The notes under the pieces are model-generated. The model made no database searches, was not told where the DNA came from, and worked only from the letters and a program-made list of their open reading frames with translations. A stretch of DNA of 64,000 bases from Selaginella moellendorffii (taxonomy: Eukaryota; Plantae; Lycopodiophyta). The stretch spans positions 1-64,000 of the forward strand of contig NW_003314365.1 of the NCBI RefSeq assembly GCF_000143415.4, written 5' to 3'. The translations under genes and the position numbers were made by a program. How positions within the stretch are numbered: the stretch's first letter is position 1; each line of letters opens with the position of its first letter. Positions 60,853 through 64,000 of this stretch are shown here, one piece after another.

Positions 60853-63800
60853 TGAAGAGGTGTGAAAACTCCTTTTCGCTGGAAATCTGCTCGATCTCCA
60901 AGGGCAGAGAAGAAGCACGAGAAAACGAATGCTATGTATTGATAAGAAAAACGATGGAATAGAGATAGGTATCCACAATTCAGATTCCAGTTCTAATTGC
61001 TAGCATATACTATATGCTGTGCATGATTTAATCTATGGCTCCGATGCAGCCCTGGGTTCAAAGTCGGAGTCCCCTGAGCCTGGGTTTTTAGTTGATACAC
61101 TCTGCTCCCCTGACAGAACTAGACACCGTCCTCGGTGCGAACATAGTCAGTTTCCATCGCTTGTTGTTGCTGCTGCTCAAGTCGATAGAGGCGATGTTTT
61201 TGCTGCGGGAGTGTAAGCTCGTGGTTAGGGATATTGTTTGGTGGATCTGTCCCATCTTCCTGGAGGTCGGCTACCTCAGCCAGCAGGGCGGTATGATCAT
61301 CCTCGAGCTTTCAGTAGCGGGTGTTGAGCTTTTCGTATTTGAATTTGTAGGTGAATTCGTGAGCTGCTGATGGGGTTGATGGCTGCTTGGAGACGATCTT
61401 CCTGATGTCTTGGAGGTCACAGTGGATCTGCTTCATCTCTTCGAGCTGAGCATCCAGCTGGTGGTTTAAAGGCTTATAGAATTCCTTCTTGATCGCTCCC
61501 CGGGTGTATATGAAGGAGTCTTGCTTGAGAAGATGCTGTGCAATGTCAGCTCGTGTTGGGAAGTAGTTTGCTTGCTCGCGGTGCATGTGTTGATCGAGGG
61601 CTTCAAACAACTTGCGGGTGTAGTAGCTTGGGTCGCGAAGTTTATCTTCATACTCCTTCCTGATCTCGTCATAATCATGGCCTACCTGACTCTGTGGCTG
61701 AGGCATAGCTGCTGCTCCTACTCCTGCTCCGTGATCCTGGTGTTTCTCGCTGTGTTCTTGGTCCCGGGAGTTGAGTTTGCTTTGTTGGATATGGGTGACG
61801 TGGTCAGGCCAGATTCTTTGAGGTGGTTGGAGATGAGCTTTTCAGTTTGATGGTGGATGAACGGCCCAGATGTGGCACTGAAATTAATTTATCCATTCGG
61901 AAATTTTTCGCTTGGAATTTTGTTGAAGGGGCGGAATTTTTGTGAATGCTGGTCGTGGTATTTGCTGGAGGAGGCATGGTTGTGTGTTCTTTAAGTGATT
62001 GGTGAAGGTAGTCAATGTTTTCTTTTGTGGAACGTGTCGAGGAGGTCGAGGTGTTGAGAATGTTGTTCTCAGCTGGTGGAGAAATTGAGTTCAGGGCGAG
62101 CAGCTGACGTTTTCCTTTGGCGATGTTGATGTGTTTGTGAGAAATTGTCGGTTTTGGGGCTGATTCGAGTGGATGCAGGCTCTGGGGTGAGTGTGGATGG
62201 TGGTGTGAGTTATCTTCATTGTCGCTGATGATGAGGTGCTCTCAAATCAGCGGTGGCGGCAAAGTGGAGTTGAATTGTTGGAGTGTTTGTTGCTGGAGCT
62301 GGTGTTGTTGGAGTGAGTTGAGCCTGATTGTTGAGATGTTGGCTTCGGTTTCTTGCTGGGAGTTGCTCCTTCTGATTCTGACTGTTCTTCAGAGCTGTCA
62401 CTTTGTTCTGTGGAGTTCATTTGGGTTGTCCACGGTTGTTTGTTGGGAAGAGCTTGGTGTAGAGCGATCAGCAGTGGGAATATTACTGTCCGCATGGTCT
62501 TTCTGTTGAGTGTGGCAAGGGTGGCGCGGTCGAGAAGCTTGAGAAGGAGCTCATGGAGATGATGAGCCACGTTCACACGTTTGCCGTCAAGTAGAGCTCT
62601 GTAGACTTCTACTCTGCACTTGCCAATGGTGCGATCTATTGGGCGAAGTTCGTAGTAGAGGAGGAGGGCTTTGAGGTGATCCATATGCTGCTCCTCGATG
62701 TCCTCCCATGTGAGTTCACTGGTAATTTCTCGATTGGCCTTGATGATTTGCTGTGGAACTTCTCCTGAAAATTTGAGCAGTCCCTTGTTGGAGATTTTGA
62801 AAACGGAGGCGATTCTTGCTGGGCTGAGGGTGATTTCGTTGGTGCCGTCGGTTATGGTGCCGTTCTTGGGGTTGAAGGAGGCGGCCAGCTTCCTCGCTAG
62901 TTTTTGATCAAGGTGTGTTGAAAAGGCCTTGTGGAGGAGCTCGAATCTATGGCCCTTGAGCCAGGTGGTTGTGTCATTGCTGGGAAGCCTAGGAATATGG
63001 TGTATGACGTATCTGAGGCGCCGGGGTGGATGAGCTGGCATCTTTCTCTTTATTTTCTGTGGTCGAAGTGCTCGCCCCGTTAGGGTTCTTGAAACCTGTA
63101 ACTGTTGGTTGGCTGATTGTGTGGCACTCGATTGTTGGTGATGAATGGTAGAGATTTGTTGACGGAATTGATGTGGTTTGATTTGGCTTGATTGCAGATC
63201 AATGGTGGATATTGCTGATGAAGTTAACTCAAGTTCAACTATTGATATTTGCTCAGGTGGCGTTGATCCAACAGTAGCTTGGGACTTAGAGATTTTTGCT
63301 GCTGTTTATTGCTGAAGTTGGTGGATGAGTTCGTGTTGAGTTGAGTTGAGTTGAGTTGTGTCGAACTGATTTGAGTTAAAGTTTGTCTGCTGGGGTGAGT
63401 GTCGATTGTTGGTTTTGGGGTGTTTGTCAGTTTGGGTCGGAAATTTGCTGAGGTGCTGATGCTGAATATGTCGACGTGATATGGTCGAAGCTTGTTGAGG
63501 TTGACGATCTCAATGAAGTCTTCAGCGAGTGTGCTGACTTTGGCGGTGCCGTTGGGGTATAGTTCAATGATTTTGAAAGGTCCTTGCCATTTGGTGTGGA
63601 GTTTTCGGCCAAGTTTGCCGATGGGTCCTCGGTATCAGACAACATGATCGTCGACGTTGTATTTGGGAATGTTATACCGGGATGCTTGTCAGTCATGCCG
63701 AGCTTTTCTCTGTTTTTGGATGGCGTGAAGTGTCTAGAGGGCGTTGAGTCGGAGTTTGTCGAGATGTTCGAGTTGCTGAAGCCTTTCTCGAACTGCATGT

Positions 63801-64000
63801 TGCTGTTGCTTTTGCTGTGGCATGTCAGAGAGGTATTGCTTCGGCCCACTTGGTAGTGTAATCGGTGGTGATGATGATGTACTGATTTCGTTGACGGGTG
63901 CTGACTTGGGGTCCGATGAAGTCGAGTCCCCATTTCTGAAATGGTGCCATTGGGAATGTTGGGTTGAGTTGTTGAGTCTGAGTTTTTTGGCAGTAATCGG
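60853..64000 (-). mobile_element. Ty3/gypsy copy D (3' LTR, extra ORF, integrase C-part); runs off the window end
   Basis: LTR at 60853-61099 preceded by CAATG (TSD variant), PPT present, colinear with 33171-36290. Confidence 0.92.

Overview
Eukaryotic, plant-type, repeat-rich DNA. A lycophyte such as Selaginella is my inference from the PPR debris, the plant telomere repeat and the gypsy type. The backbone is a head-to-tail array of four decayed copies (A-D) of one non-chromoviral Ty3/gypsy LTR retrotransposon on the minus strand. The copies sit at the same CGATG target site and share inactivating lesions, so they spread by DNA-level duplication together with a spacer of host pseudogene fragments (START-domain, PPR, Crinkler/RHS-type NTPase, tRNA-like repeats). 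Nested insertions with verifiable target-site duplications: (i) a 12.5-kb Sola-like DDD DNA transposon (4428-16929), (ii) a 2.9-kb hAT element (45023-47902), (iii) a 194-bp 5S-rRNA-containing, Cassandra-like solo LTR inside the hAT (47028-47221), (iv) a 1.45-kb unrelated solo LTR (51779-53226). The most novel object is the Sola-like element. Besides its transposase it carries a divergently transcribed, spliced cargo gene with a ParB-like domain, a degenerate beta-class DNA-methyltransferase-like domain and an FCP1/NIF HAD-phosphatase domain. It also holds about 20 copies of a 22-bp palindrome (ATGGCRTG-N6-CAYGCCAT) that I did not see outside it, reminiscent of a ParB/parS self-recognition module. 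All domain calls are from motif recognition by eye; no database searches were run.
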